Shown here: piece by piece, positions 1 to 11,806 of the stretch
Layout: every line of letters starts with the position of its first letter
Numbering within the stretch: position 1 is the first letter of the stretch
Source: Chiloscyllium plagiosum
Lineage: Eukaryota
Assembly: GCF_004010195.1 (NCBI RefSeq)
Contig: NC_057719.1
Location: 64,465,004-64,529,003 of the forward strand
Reading direction: 5' to 3'
DNA length: 64,000 nucleotides
The notes under the pieces: generated by a model
Told to the model about the DNA's origin: nothing
Databases searched by the model: none
Seen by the model: only the letters and a program-made list of their open reading frames with translations
Program-made: the position numbers and the translations under genes

Positions 1-185
1 CCCACCCCCACCCTTCTCTAGCTTATCTCTCCACGCTTCAGTCTCTCTGCCTTTATTCCTGATGAAGGGCTTTTGCCCGAAACATCGATTTTGCCTGTCT
101 TCGGATGCTGCCTGAATTGCTGTGCTCTTCCAGCACCACTGATCCAGAATCTGGTTTCCAGCATCTGCAGTCATTGTTTTTACCT
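1..185 (+). mobile_element. Penelope-like element 3' end/pLTR (family A) with hammerhead core
   Basis: Same sequence as the 3' end of the RT/GIY-YIG element at 23665-24963; CTGATGA-AGGGC-TTTT-GCCC-GAAAC at 59-83. Confidence 0.85.
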
Positions 186-1290
186 TTCTGTAAATGATAC
201 AAGGTACTGACTGAAAGAGCATCCATACACTGGAGTACTCTTTTCTCCATGTCTGACTTGTAACAGGAATGTGATCTTTCTTTGTGTATAATTCCTTATC
301 TGAAAATACCGGAAAAGGTCCCTATTGAACAATCCATATTTCTGGCTTAACTGACTAAATGACATCAAGGCCTCCCCCTCGAACAATTTTCCCAGGCATG
401 AGATTCCCTTATTCTCTCATAACTTAAAGCCGGAGTCCATTGCCCCAGGGCTTGGGCTCCCACCAATGGGATAAATGGCGAGGTCTTAAACTATTTACCC
501 TCGTCTTGCCTCATTATCCTCCAGGCTTTCACTGTGTTTAAAATGAATGGACTCTTACACTTCTCGATCACGGATTTCATCTCATCCATAAATAATAAAT
601 TAAGTCGATGGCATCTTGACTGCAAGCCAAATCGTCTCCAAATTCTCTCAAACCCAGTCACCAACATATGCTGACAGGGCATTTATTTGATATTTCTTCA
701 AATCCAGAAGATCCACCCCTCCCTCACTCTGCGAAAGCTGCAATTTAATAAATTTAATTAGGGGCGCATGTGGCACCAAATAAAGGGCCCTCGTCAAACA
801 CTGAGCCTCTGTAACACTTGTCTGGGTAACAACAATGGGAGCATTCTCATGGGATACAACAGGCGAGGAAGAACATTCATCTTAATCAGGGCTATTCAGC
901 CCAACCATGATAATGGTAACCCCTCCCACCGGTGCAAATCCTGTTTTATCCTCTCTAGTAGTTGTACATAGTTAGCTTTATATAGCTGGTGGAAAGAAGG
1001 GGGTAATAAAAATTCCCAAATACAAAAAAATCTTTTGACAACCATCTAAACCGGAACTGCATTCCTTCCTTCAGATGAGGCACCTCCTCTAATCCTCCCA
1101 CCGGCACCCGATTTTGTAAAGTTGACCCTGTAGCCCGAGAAACCATCAAATAAACGAATTGTTTGAGTCAGTTGAGGAACAGACTTCTTCGGATTGGCCA
1201 AGAACAAAAGGACGTTGTCAGCATATAAGTTGATGTTATGCTCCCCATTTCCACCCTTGGCACCACTATTGCAGGGTCCCTCCTTTACGC
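186..1290 (-). mobile_element. L1-clade LINE ORF2 fragment (RT catalytic region to post-RT), degenerate
   Basis: ORF pieces INLYADNVLLFL..FSGYRVNFTKS (YADD motif) and LSQKYGL..DLFRYFQIRNY, both typical of vertebrate L1 ORF2. Confidence 0.8.
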
Positions 1291-1492
1291 CTTGGTTAAC
1301 AGCTGAATTACCAAGGTGAATAACTGTGGTGAGAGAGGACATCCTGTCGACTACCTCTCCCAATATTGAAGTTATCTGACTTAGCATCATTTGTAATGAC
1401 TGCTGCTTTAGGATCATTATAGAATACTGCCACCCATCTGGCAAAGGATCACCCCAGACCAAAGCACTCTAGGACCCCAAACAGATATGGCC

Positions 1493-4400
1493 TTTTTTTT
1501 ACATAAGTATTTTTATTGAAAAGCTTTTTAAATCTTTTACAAAGCATTTATATATAAAGAAAAGGAATAACACTATCAAAACAGAAAAAAAAGTACAAAA
1601 AAACAAGGCCATAGCATAGTACCATTATTAATAAACAACCCACTATTCTAGGAGAAAGTGAGGACTGCAGATGCTGGAGATCAGAGCTGAAAAATGTGTT
1701 GCTGGAAAAGCACCTTTTATGTTAGCCCTGCTTGGCACACCTTCTTCATTCCCCGAACGTCGATTCTCCTGCTCCTTGGATGCTGCCTGACCTGCTGCTC
1801 TTTTCCAGCAACACATTTTTCAACACACTCTTCTACCAAAACAAACACATCTACTTAACTAAAACTAAACTACCAACATATTGAATAAATACTAGCTTAA
1901 ACTACATTCAAATAACTTAAATTAAATAATATCTCACTACTTTATTCTAACTTACTCATCACACCTCCACTGAGGCTTCCATTCCAGTACCCATATTCTT
2001 TTCCTTCCAGTCTCCTCCTCCCAGGGCCCCACAGGCACTCATAATGATTCCCACAGCTATACCACGGCCCTGACTAATATTGCTGATAAGTCAGCATCAA
2101 TATAATTTTAAAAGGGCCATCATGTCCTATAAAACCGTTCCATTTTGTGGTGCATCATATTTGTGAGGTAGTCTTGGGGGAGATGCTCCATCACCAGTCT
2201 ACGCCACCCCATAAGACCTGGTGGTTTTCTGGCGTCCAATTCACCAGAATGTTCTTCCTCGTGCACTGGGTAAGGAGGTTACACAGTCTCTTCCCATGTT
2301 CCCCTACGCAGGGCAAAAGAAGAATTACTGGATCCATGTTAATTAGATATGACCATTCTATCCGATCAAATGCTTTTTCTGCATCTAGGGAGACCACCAG
2401 ACCCAGGATCAATCTTTGCTGGCATGCCTGATGTTGGAGGAGCTACAATCTTTGACAAAATCCATCTGATCTTCTTTTATAATATGGGGCAGGACCTTTT
2501 CCAACCTCCGAGCCAGCATCTTGGATAGAATTTTAAAATCTACATTCAATAGTGAAATTGGTCTATATGAAGCACATTCTTCAGGGTCTTTCCCCTTCTT
2601 CAAAAATGAGGAAGATATTAGCTTCCCTAAGGGCAGATGGCAGACAATCCTGTACATAAGAATAGCTCAACATATGAAGTGGCTCAACCAACACATTTAT
2701 GAATTCCTTATAGAATTCACTTGGGAATCCATCCAGCCCCAGTGCTTTGCCACCCTAAAGATGCTTTATTGCTTCCTGCACTTCCTGTACTGTTATAGGC
2801 ACATTCAATAGGGAAGCCTGTTCTGCATTTATACTGGGAGGTCCAGATTCTCAAAAAAGGACTGCATTCTCGCTGCACCCGTGTTCGACCCCCTCCGACC
2901 AACATAGTTCTGTGAAGTATTCCCTCAATCTAACTTTGATCTGCTTCAACTCATGAGTAATCGTACCAGCCTTCTCTCTAACAGACGTAATAGATTGGGA
3001 AGCCTTTTTCCTCCTAACCAAATATGCCAGATATCTACCTGACTTATCCCCGAATTCAAACAGTCTTTGTTCAGCAAAGGAGACCTCTTTTTCAGCCACT
3101 TGTGTGTACAATGAGTCGAGAGCCATCCAGGGGCTGTGACCCGCTGCAACTTGACCAGAAAGGGCCTTTAATAATATGTTTCCTCAGCTATCTGCAGCCG
3201 GGCCTCCAGCATCCATTGTTGCTCCTCCCTCTGCCTCCTTCTAGTCGCAGGATACAAAATGATCCGGCCTCGTAAATATGCCGTAATGGCCTCCCAAAGT
3301 ACTGATGGATTACTGGCCGTACCAGAGTTGATATCCCAGGAGGCCCTGAACTCTCTTCTGATATACTCAACAAATTTGCCATCCCTTAACAGAAATGGGT
3401 CTGTGTGCCAGTGCCATGCATCCATTCCACTATCCTTGATTTTAACGTTTAAATACACTGGCGCATGATCTGAGACAGCTATATTCCCAATTTTGCATGC
3501 CAATGTTAGTCCAAACCATCAGCTGGCATTAAAAAATGCTAATTCATGAATGGCACTTGGTTGGGTTGGAGTAGAATGTAAAGTCTCTTCCATTAGAGTG
3601 GAGAGGCCTCCACACATCCACTAGTCCCAACTCCTCACACATGTCCACCAACTGCTTTAGACTGAGTGTGAGTACCCCCCGGGCCTCTTGGCATCCTGTC
3701 AACTTCAGGATGTATTAGGTGATTAAAATCCACACCTACAATTGTGCGGCGCTCCCCAAGATTCATTAATTTAGCCACTGCATCAATTAGAAATTTAAGA
3801 GGGTGCACCAGGGGACAATATACATTCAAGAATACACACTCTTCTCCATGTATTAGGGCTTTAAGAATAATAAACCGTCCATGTTTGTCCTTAATTTGCT
3901 CCGATATCTGGAAAGGGAGGCTCTTTCTTACCTGTATAGCCACCCCTCTACTCTTAGAGTTGAAGGAGGAGAAAAATACCCTGTCATAACCCCCCTGCTG
4001 CAGTTTCAGATGTTCCTTATCAGTTAGATGTGTCTCTTGCACCCTTTCCTTTCTAAGGCTTGACAGTACCTTCTTTCCTTGATTAGGGGAATGGCTTCCT
4101 TTTACAGTCCAGGTGCACTACCTGAACAAATCACTAGCCATGATCATCCAAGGGCAGCCTGTGGTTTCCCAGGAGGAGGAAGCTTATCTGAGGAGTGATG
4201 AGTGACAAAGACATTAACTCTATGAAGTCTAAAACTACTCCTATAAAAACTATTACAATTAAAAAACTAATCACTACATTTAACTAAAGCAAGCACCCAA
4301 ATAACCCCCAATTTGCTTGAGATCTCCCCCCTTGCCCATAGGGGGCACTCCTCCCAATCCTTACTCCCATCTTAAGTCCCTCTAGCTGAGGCTGTGCCCT

Positions 4401-5768
4401 CGCCCCAGGCAATTCACAAATGAGGAAAACCTGTTATTTACATCCTGAGAGTTAACAATGGATGCCCATCGTCCCCCTCCACTCATCTTAACCACAGTTA
4501 TAGCCACCCCCAATACAAAATCAAAAGGACAGCAGTAAAAACAAGTGGCCCTAGGTAATACCCAACTGACTGATGTATAAAATAATTCCAATTTTACAAC
4601 AAGGCTGTACGTTTAAAGCCAATAACCACAAAAGGAAAAGGGGGAGAGAGATGTGGAAAAGGAGGCAATTACAAAAACCCATACCATTGTCCGCAACGAT
4701 GCCCCCTCCCCTTCCACCCCGACTCAGGTCCTTCAATTCAAAGAATTCACAAAGTCCTTTGCCTTTTCTGGGGAGTCAAAGATATATACCATCTTTCTCC
4801 ATGGGCGAAATGCAACATGGCCGGGTACCTCAAGGCATATTGAATGTTCGGGTCCTTTAATTCTTTCTTGACTTCATCAAATGCCCTTCTCTTCTTAATT
4901 AGGGCTCCTGAGAAATCCTGAAAAAACATTAGGTTTGAACCTTTTTACATTAAATCCTGTGAATTTCTTCCCAGTCTTCTTGCTGTTTCAACTATTAACT
5001 ATTTTTCTTTATAATACAGGAGCTGCACTAGGACCATGCGGGTCGCGGGTCACAGGTCTGACCTGGCCCTGCACATTGCGATCTGGTGGGCCTGCTCCAC
5101 GCTCACCAGGCCCGACTCCAACTCCAGCCCCAGCACCAGCACCTGGAACTACGGGAGCCACCCTGCAAGAAGCTGATGAGGTCCTTGCCTTCCTTGTATT
5201 CTAGAAGATCCGTGAGCCGTAAGTTTTTTTTCTCCTATTTTTATTCTCCAGGTGGTCGACTTGTTCCTGAAGGACTCGAACCTGGTCTTCCAGCATTTGG
5301 ATCCTTCCTCCCAAGACCTCCACCACGCTCTCCCTCTGCTGCGTCCAGTCTTCGTTCCAGCAGCTGGATTTCCTGCTCATGTTTTTTCAGCATGGCAGAT
5401 AGTGGCTCTACTGCTGCTTCAGTCTTCTTTCGGAGTTTGACAAACTCCGAGAGTAAATGCTGCTGTCCCATTAGATCCAAAGGGGCCACCCTGGGAGTTG
5501 GAGCACCGGCTGCAGGCACCCCCGATGCAGTAGGGGAGTGCTCTGTCTTCTGTGCTCCTTTAGACCCCTTTCCTGTATTCAATTTCATCCTGGCCTTAAA
5601 GCTGTTACACACAATTTCAGCAGCTCCAGATGATCAGCAAGTTTAAATTAGTACTTTTTTCTCCTGGTGGTAGTTGGTGAGGGGTGGTAAAGGTCCACCT
5701 TGCCCAGGGGTATGGCACAGAGCCCAGCACAGCAGGCCACTCAGACTGCCACCATCTTGGATCTTCCC
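1493..5768 (-). mobile_element. L1-clade LINE with 5' end, ORF1, APE endonuclease, RT N-terminus, internal deletion, ORF2 C-terminus, 3'UTR and poly(A)
   Basis: ORF1 FFQDFSGALIKKRRAFDEVKKEL..YALRYPA (4747-4929); EN QETHL..SRGVAI (3635-4042) and SDHAPV; RT YRPISLLNVDFKILSK and SLDAEKAFDRIEW; T-run at 1493; YY1-like GCCACCATCTTG at 5748-5759. Confidence 0.88.
1650..1822. mobile_element. Penelope pLTR-derived inverted mini-insertion (family B) inside the L1 3'UTR
   Basis: GGAGAAAGTGAGGACTGCAGATGCTGGAGATCAGAG...GCTGGAAAAG followed by the reverse-oriented arm ...TTTTCCAGCAACACATTTTT. Confidence 0.75.
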
Positions 5769-5971
5769 ACAATTTCAAAATGTTAATCACAAGAGGTTTG
5801 CTGTAGTAACTTCTGAATTCATGTGCTGAGGATGATAAAGCTTGATGCAGAATGGGGGGAAACATTTGTTTTTTTTAATGTACATGTTTTATTATTTTGT
5901 TTGACTTCCATCCTCCACTATTCATATAAATTAGGAACGAGAATAGACAAAATTCAATTCCGCTAGCTTGC

Positions 5972-6078
5972 TCCACCTGATGAAGGAGTAGCTCCAAAAG
6001 CTTGATTTCAGTTAAACCTGTTAGACTATAACCTAGTGTCATGTGACTTCTGATTTTGTCCATCTCAGCCCACATCGT
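5972..6078 (+). mobile_element. Penelope pLTR fragment (family C), degenerate hammerhead
   Basis: CACCTGATGAAGGAGTAGCTCCAAAAGCT...AAACCTGTTAGACTATAACCT; homologous to 12505-12605 and 22665-22787. Confidence 0.7.
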
Positions 6079-6109
6079 GGTCACCTTTCAATAGATAGGG
6101 TCTGACCTG

Positions 6110-7300
6110 ATTGTGGCCTCAACTCCATATTGCTATCCCTACCAACTTTCCATACCCTCTTTTATCAACTTTTCCCCTTTTGAAAACTCTATTTGCTTTT
6201 CTAGTCACTAGCTGTGCCTGCATATTAACATTTTGTGTTTCATGTGCCAGGCCACCCCAATCCCTCTGTACGTCAAAGTTAACTGTCTGTTGTTTTTCAC
6301 TTTTCCCGTCAAAGCAAGCAAGTTCTCATTTTCCCACATTATACTCCAGCTGGCAAATTTCTGCCCACTTTTCTATATGTCCTCTTCACAACTTACTTTC
6401 CTACCTGTCTTTGTATTTTCCTCAAACAAAGCAATCGCACATTTAGTCCCTGCATTCAAATCATTTATAAAATTATAGAACATTGAGGCTCCAGCACTGA
6501 TCTCTGTGGCTCACTAAACTTGCCATATCTTGCCATCCTAAAAAAGACTGATTTATGCCCATCATTTGCTTCCTATTAGTGAACCAATGCTCAAGCCATA
6601 TTAAAATGTTATGCACAACACCATGAGCTCTTATTTTATGCAATATCCTTTGCTCTGGCACTTTGTCAAATGCATATTGAAAATCTAGGAACGTCCATTA
6701 GTTCCTTTTTATCTAACTTGCTTGTTACTTCCTCAAAAAAATCTCAATAAATTAGTCAAACTCAGTTCCCCTTTCACAAAATCATATTGATTCTGTTTGA
6801 TTATGTCAAGTGCCTTCCTTCATAATACGTTCCCAGATTTTCCCTATGACTCATGTTCATAATAAATTTCCCACATTTTCCCGATGACCTGTGTTCAGCT
6901 AAGTGGCCTATACTTTCCTCCATGGTGACTCTAATTGTTTTAAGTTCCTTACTCTCTTTCACATTCCAATTCATTGTTATTTGTGGGAAGATATTTGCAT
7001 CCTCTACAGCAAAGACAGACACAAAATATTTGTTTAATTCTTCTGAACTTTTCCTTATTTTCCCACACTCACTCTCTACCGGACTAATACTCACTTTACC
7101 TATTCTTTTCTTATGTAATTACCCATCTTCTTTTTATCTCTCTAGCTAGCTTTCTCTCATACTCTAATGTCTCCCTCCACATTAATCTTTTAATCGTTGC
7201 TGTTCTTTATACTCTGTTCAAACTTTTGACTTGTTACCACACCTTTGTTGAATTATACAGCTGTCTCTTTCATGTTAATAGTATCTTTAGTTTCTTATTC
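6110..7300 (-). mobile_element. Old degenerate CR1 LINE fragments
   Basis: Minus-strand RILHKIRAHGV..WLEHW, ELNKYFVSVF, and CR1 RT-like nucleotide motifs. Confidence 0.65.
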
Positions 7301-7859
7301 ATTTGAATGTGGATTGCTGCATACTACAAAGAATATATAAACCATTGAACAGAGCTAGAGTGAATTAATGAATTTATCAATTTGCTGTACTAACTCTATT
7401 GAATGGTACAAATGTGCACTAAATACATGACTGGTGATTAGAAGGAGAAAGTAGGGTATAAATGGCACTTGATGTCATCTGTGTGTTAACACACTGACAT
7501 GAGTCAGAGATGTAGTGCCATGATTCCCCCCACCCCATCATAAAAGCTGACCACAATATATGTCTGAGGTATATGTACAATATATGTACTACTTCTGCGT
7601 AGTACTGAGGTAGTGCTGCACTGTCAGAGGTGTCATCTTAGTGATGAGATGATAAACCAAGACCTTCTCTCATGTGAATAATATATAGAAAAGAACAGTG
7701 ACGTTATTCCTGATATCCCTCAATCTTTATCTGTGAAATGCCATTACGGTAACTGATTAGTTCACTGTTATTGCTCTTTGTATAGCATGCTGTGTGGAAA
7801 TTATCTGCCATGTTTCAAATCTTTTAACAGTGACCACTGTCATGACCCAGTATTTCCCT

Positions 7860-8365
7860 TTTCCTGTTCACAAATGCTTTATTATGGTTGAATTACTTGA
7901 CAAATGTATTAAAAACTCCTGGTATTGTTTCTTGGCTCCTGCAGCTTTGGCGATCTTGAGGACACTGAAGTGCATTGGCCTCACTAAGAGGCCAACACTA
8001 CAACCTCCCCAACTCACCCTCCATTCACACTGTATCCATTCTGCACATCCCTAAAAGCAGGGCTATGGGTTCATAGACACATTCTTGTGTCACTTCTCAA
8101 AATGGTTGTGCTTCCTGATATAGTGTAGATGGCCACTGCAAATAACAATGGTCAGTTGCATCTTTGTGTTCGACACAATACCTATTGGGATCCAGTCCCA
8201 GATTGACACAATCCTGGTGAATGGACACTTCTTGTTGATGTAGGTGCCATTGAACCCAGGCCCACAATAGTAGAGCAGAGAGTCTCTCCTTGCTGACTTT
8301 ACCCACAATTGCTCTCTTCTTGTTCTGGAATTTGGTGGACTGCTTTGGTAAGCTCTCTCAGTCAA
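7860..8365 (-). pseudogene. RPS11: 40S ribosomal protein S11 (uS17) processed pseudogene
   Basis: Intronless, frameshifted match to RPS11: TERAYQ, FQNKKR, GTYINKKCPFT, KMQLTIVI, HLHYIRKHNHFEK, C-terminal FSVLKIAKAAGAKKQYQEF; AATAAA on the minus strand at 7878-7883. Confidence 0.93.
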
Positions 8366-8444
8366 GCTGTTTGCCAATTTAGTCCAGGACTCAAACATGT
8401 ATTCTGAACCAACTTATTTGGACTTATTAAGTCTCACTTGCTAG

Positions 8445-8512
8445 CCAGTTGAGATTTGAACCCAGATCTTTTGGCCCAGAGATAGGAATACTACCACTGA
8501 GCCACAAGAGAC
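8445..8512 (-). mobile_element. tRNA-derived SINE head fragment
   Basis: Minus strand reads TGTGGCTCAGTGGTAGT (A box) ... GGGTTCAAATC (B box). Confidence 0.5.
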
Positions 8513-8620
8513 CAAAGCTCACTGCACCCAGGCAATCTACTATCCAAGTCCTAGCCCAACCTGTGTCGGCTTACATTCCAACATCAGATGTTCCCACTGT
8601 AGCTGAATGCAAGATCTGAA

Positions 8621-8690
8621 TCCTCGATTAGGAACTGAACCTGGGCTGTGACAGTGAGTGACCTGAATTACAACCACTAGAACATGAAGA
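8621..8690 (-). pseudogene. Degenerate tRNA-Glu(CTC)-like pseudogene
   Basis: Reverse complement TCTTCATGTTCTAGTGGTTGTAATTCAGGTCACTCACTGTCACAGCCCAGGTTCAGTTCCTAATCGAGGA is colinear with vertebrate tRNA-Glu(CTC) as recalled; stems are broken. Confidence 0.55.
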
Positions 8691-9063
8691 AAGATCAAGC
8701 CCCAGAGTTTTGTGAAGATGTAGAAAATAATTCTAACAAGCGAACACGAATACACATTTAAAATGGCAGTTGTATGACATTTAACAATTGAGTTCTGGAT
8801 CATTTTATGCAAATACCTCATTGAAAATGAACTTTCTCTGGGACTCATCTGGAGATATCAAGTTTCACTTTGTTTAAGGATGGGCCAACAAAGACAGCCT
8901 ATTGGATTTTCACAAAAACAAAAGCAAAATACTTGGATTCTAGACATTACGTGTTCATGAGGTACAATGTCGCCTGTAGTGTCTTATTGTTTGAGCTGTT
9001 TGTAAGGTGGTATCTGCCGCAATTGTCACATGACCATGACAAACCAAGTGCTGTGTACACCCC

Positions 9064-9281
9064 TGTAGTGATTGGAATGAGGGTCAGATGGATCTCATTG
9101 ACTATGAGAGTCTTAAATGGAGTTGGTAACCAATCAGGGAGTGCCCTGACTGATATATACAGGAGAGTCAAGAAGTTCTCCTTAGTCTAGGGACTGGCTC
9201 TGAGCAATTTGGTTAGAGCCTATGTACTTTGCACATGTAAATAAAGGGTGATGGGATATTGGCCTCCGTGCTGTTATTTTA
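9064..9281 (+). mobile_element. Probable Gypsy solo LTR
   Basis: Starts TGTAGTGATTG, then CCAATCAGGGAG, TATA-like GATATATACAGG and AATAAA at about 9240; homologous to the LTR remnant at 58413-58526 next to a Gypsy gag. Confidence 0.6.
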
Positions 9282-9625
9282 ACTATCCCGCTTTTCAAAA
9301 CTCATATTGTGAGTTCCCCAAGTTACTTACCGTGCAAACAACTGATTTTAAGCAATATTAAAACAGTTTATTAATCTAGTCAGTCCTGCTCTTGCCAGTC
9401 ACTTTGCACACATTGTACACATGGGGGCTATGGCTCCACCCCACCTCCTCCCAGGGTCGACTTGTTGATGCACTCTGTAGTTCTGCTTTGAATTTTTCTC
9501 AGCTGACGCTGCTGATTTTAGCTTTTATTTATGCCTTGTGAAAGCCTATGAGCCTCTTCTGGAACGTTTTGGGTTATTAGTCCAAGCTGTCAACTTGCTT
9601 CTGCTGAGATGAATGGCTTTAACAT

Positions 9626-9864
9626 CTTTCTGGATTAGTGGTGCTGGAAGAGCACAGCAGTTCAGGCAGCATCCGAGGAGCAGCAAAATCGACGTTCCGG
9701 GCAAAAGCCCTTCATCTGGAATAAAGCTTTATTCCTGAGGAAGGGCTTTTGCCCAAAACGTCGATTTTACTGCTCCTCAGATGCTGCCTGAACTGCTGTG
9801 CTCTTCCAGCACCACTAATCCAGAATCTGGTTTCCAGCATCTGCAGTCATTGTTTTTACCTAGT
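9626..9864. mobile_element. Palindromic Penelope pLTR mini-element (family A)
   Basis: Two inverted ~100 bp arms centred on GGAATAAAGCTTTATTCC; TSD TGGCTTTAACAT at 9614-9625 and 9865-9876. Confidence 0.88.
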
Positions 9865-10503
9865 TGGCTTTAACATTTTGCCTAATATCTGGAATTTCAA
9901 GTTGTTGTTCTCGCCTTAGCCTGGGGCTGTCATATTAATTTGTCCTCCGTGCTGAGAATCCCTCAATTTTACCTTGGAGGGTTTCAGTTTTGGATCAGCT
10001 TCCAGTGCAACATTGTACAGATTTGTAAAGCATCAGAATCCATCTGGAACTTCATATTAGTTTGATGCTCTTGCTCTGCTGACTTGCACACATTTTTTAT
10101 CCTTTATATAGAATGCTGCCACTCTCCTCTAAGGTGTAGATCAGGTTCGTCCAGCAGGCAGCCCATGGGCTATAGGGCAACCCCCTCTGGTGTCCTGCAT
10201 GACCCACCATTGTCATTATTCAAAATACAAGTAGATGCACCTGCATGAATTTGCATGGAAGTTGCTCCCCCAGTCAGAGGGTGCTTCCCTCCAATGGTTA
10301 ATGCTGATTCAATCTCTCATGAACCTATCAGCAGAAAATATGGGAGAGAAACATTCCTTGCTTGGAGAAGAGTCAATCAGGGCAAGTGATTATACATCTC
10401 AAACTCGGGCTGAAATTGAACAATGGTGAAGCTGAAGAATGGGGGAGTGGGGCTGAAGGAGTGACTATTTGAAGGGGTCATTGAATGAGGTTCAGTACGG
10501 CTT

Positions 10504-10505
<2 letters not shown>

Positions 10506-10548
<43 letters not shown>

Positions 10549-10554
10549 CGCGCG
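10506..10554. repeat. (GT)n(GC)n compound microsatellite
   Basis: About 17 GT units followed directly by about 7 GC units. Confidence 0.95.
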
Positions 10555-10772
10555 AGGGCTGGATGAGCATGTGTGTGATTGAAGAGGTGGATCAATGAAT
10601 GACTGAAGGAATGAGTGAGTGATTGAATGTCTGGAGGGATAGGTGAGTGAGTGGGTGACTGATTAATGGGTGGTGGGGTATGAGTGATGAGGAATTTGAG
10701 TGAGTGAATGACTTGAGGGTTGGTGAACAACAGTGGGGTGGTGGGGTTTCATCTGAACAGTTGGTGTTGTGA

Positions 10773-11070
10773 TCTTTCTCCTCCCTCTCTTTCTTTCTCT
10801 CCTCAGTCCCACTCCTTCTTCCCTCTGACTGCTCCTTCTCATCTCTCTTTCTCTCTCTCCTTCCCCTCTCTCACCTTCTTCTTTTTCTCTCTCTCTCCCA
10901 TTCTTTGCTTTTCTCTCTCTCCCCCCTTCTCTCTCTGCCTCGTTCTCATTTCTCTCTGTCCTTCTCCTTTCTCTCTCTCGCTCTCTCATTCACTCTATCT
11001 TTCTCCTTCGCTCACTCTCTCCTCTCCTTCCTTCTATCTCTCCTATTTCTCTTTCCCACTTTCTTCTTTC
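10773..11070. repeat. Polypyrimidine (CT-rich) low-complexity tract running into an assembly gap
   Basis: Almost all C/T; followed by the N-run, with G-runs after the gap. Confidence 0.95.
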
Positions 11071-11806
11071 NNNNNNNNNNNNNNNNNNNNNNNNNNNNNN
11101 NNNNNNNNNNNNNNNNNNNNNNNNNNNNNNNNNNNNNNNNNNNNNNNNNNNNNNNNNNNNNNNNNNNNNNNNNNNNNNNNNNNNNNNNNNNNNNNNNNNN
11201 NNNNNNNNNNNNNNNNNNNNNNNNNNNNNNNNNNNNNNNNNNNNNNNNNNNNNNNNNNNNNNNNNNNNNNNNNNNNNNNNNNNNNNNNNNNNNNNNNNNN
11301 NNNNNNNNNNNNNNNNNNNNNNNNNNNNNNNNNNNNNNNNNNNNNNNNNNNNNNNNNNNNNNNNNNNNNNNNNNNNNNNNNNNNNNNNNNNNNNNNNNNN
11401 NNNNNNNNNNNNNNNNNNNNNNNNNNNNNNNNNNNNNNNNNNNNNNNNNNNNNNNNNNNNNNNNNNNNNNNNNNNNNNNNNNNNNNNNNNNNNNNNNNNN
11501 NNNNNNNNNNNNNNNNNNNNNNNNNNNNNNNNNNNNNNNNNNNNNNNNNNNNNNNNNNNNNNNNNNNNNNNNNNNNNNNNNNNNNNNNNNNNNNNNNNNN
11601 NNNNNNNNNNNNNNNNNNNNNNNNNNNNNNNNNNNNNNNNNNNNNNNNNNNNNNNNNNNNNNNNNNNNNNNNNNNNNNNNNNNNNNNNNNNNNNNNNNNN
11701 NNNNNNNNNNNNNNNNNNNNNNNNNNNNNNNNNNNNNNNNNNNNNNNNNNNNNNNNNNNNNNNNNNNNNNNNNNNNNNNNNNNNNNNNNNNNNNNNNNNN
11801 NNNNNN
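11071..11806. other. Assembly gap
   Basis: N-run. Other gaps are at about 31644-32241, 47585-47724 and 53995-54292. Confidence 0.98.
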
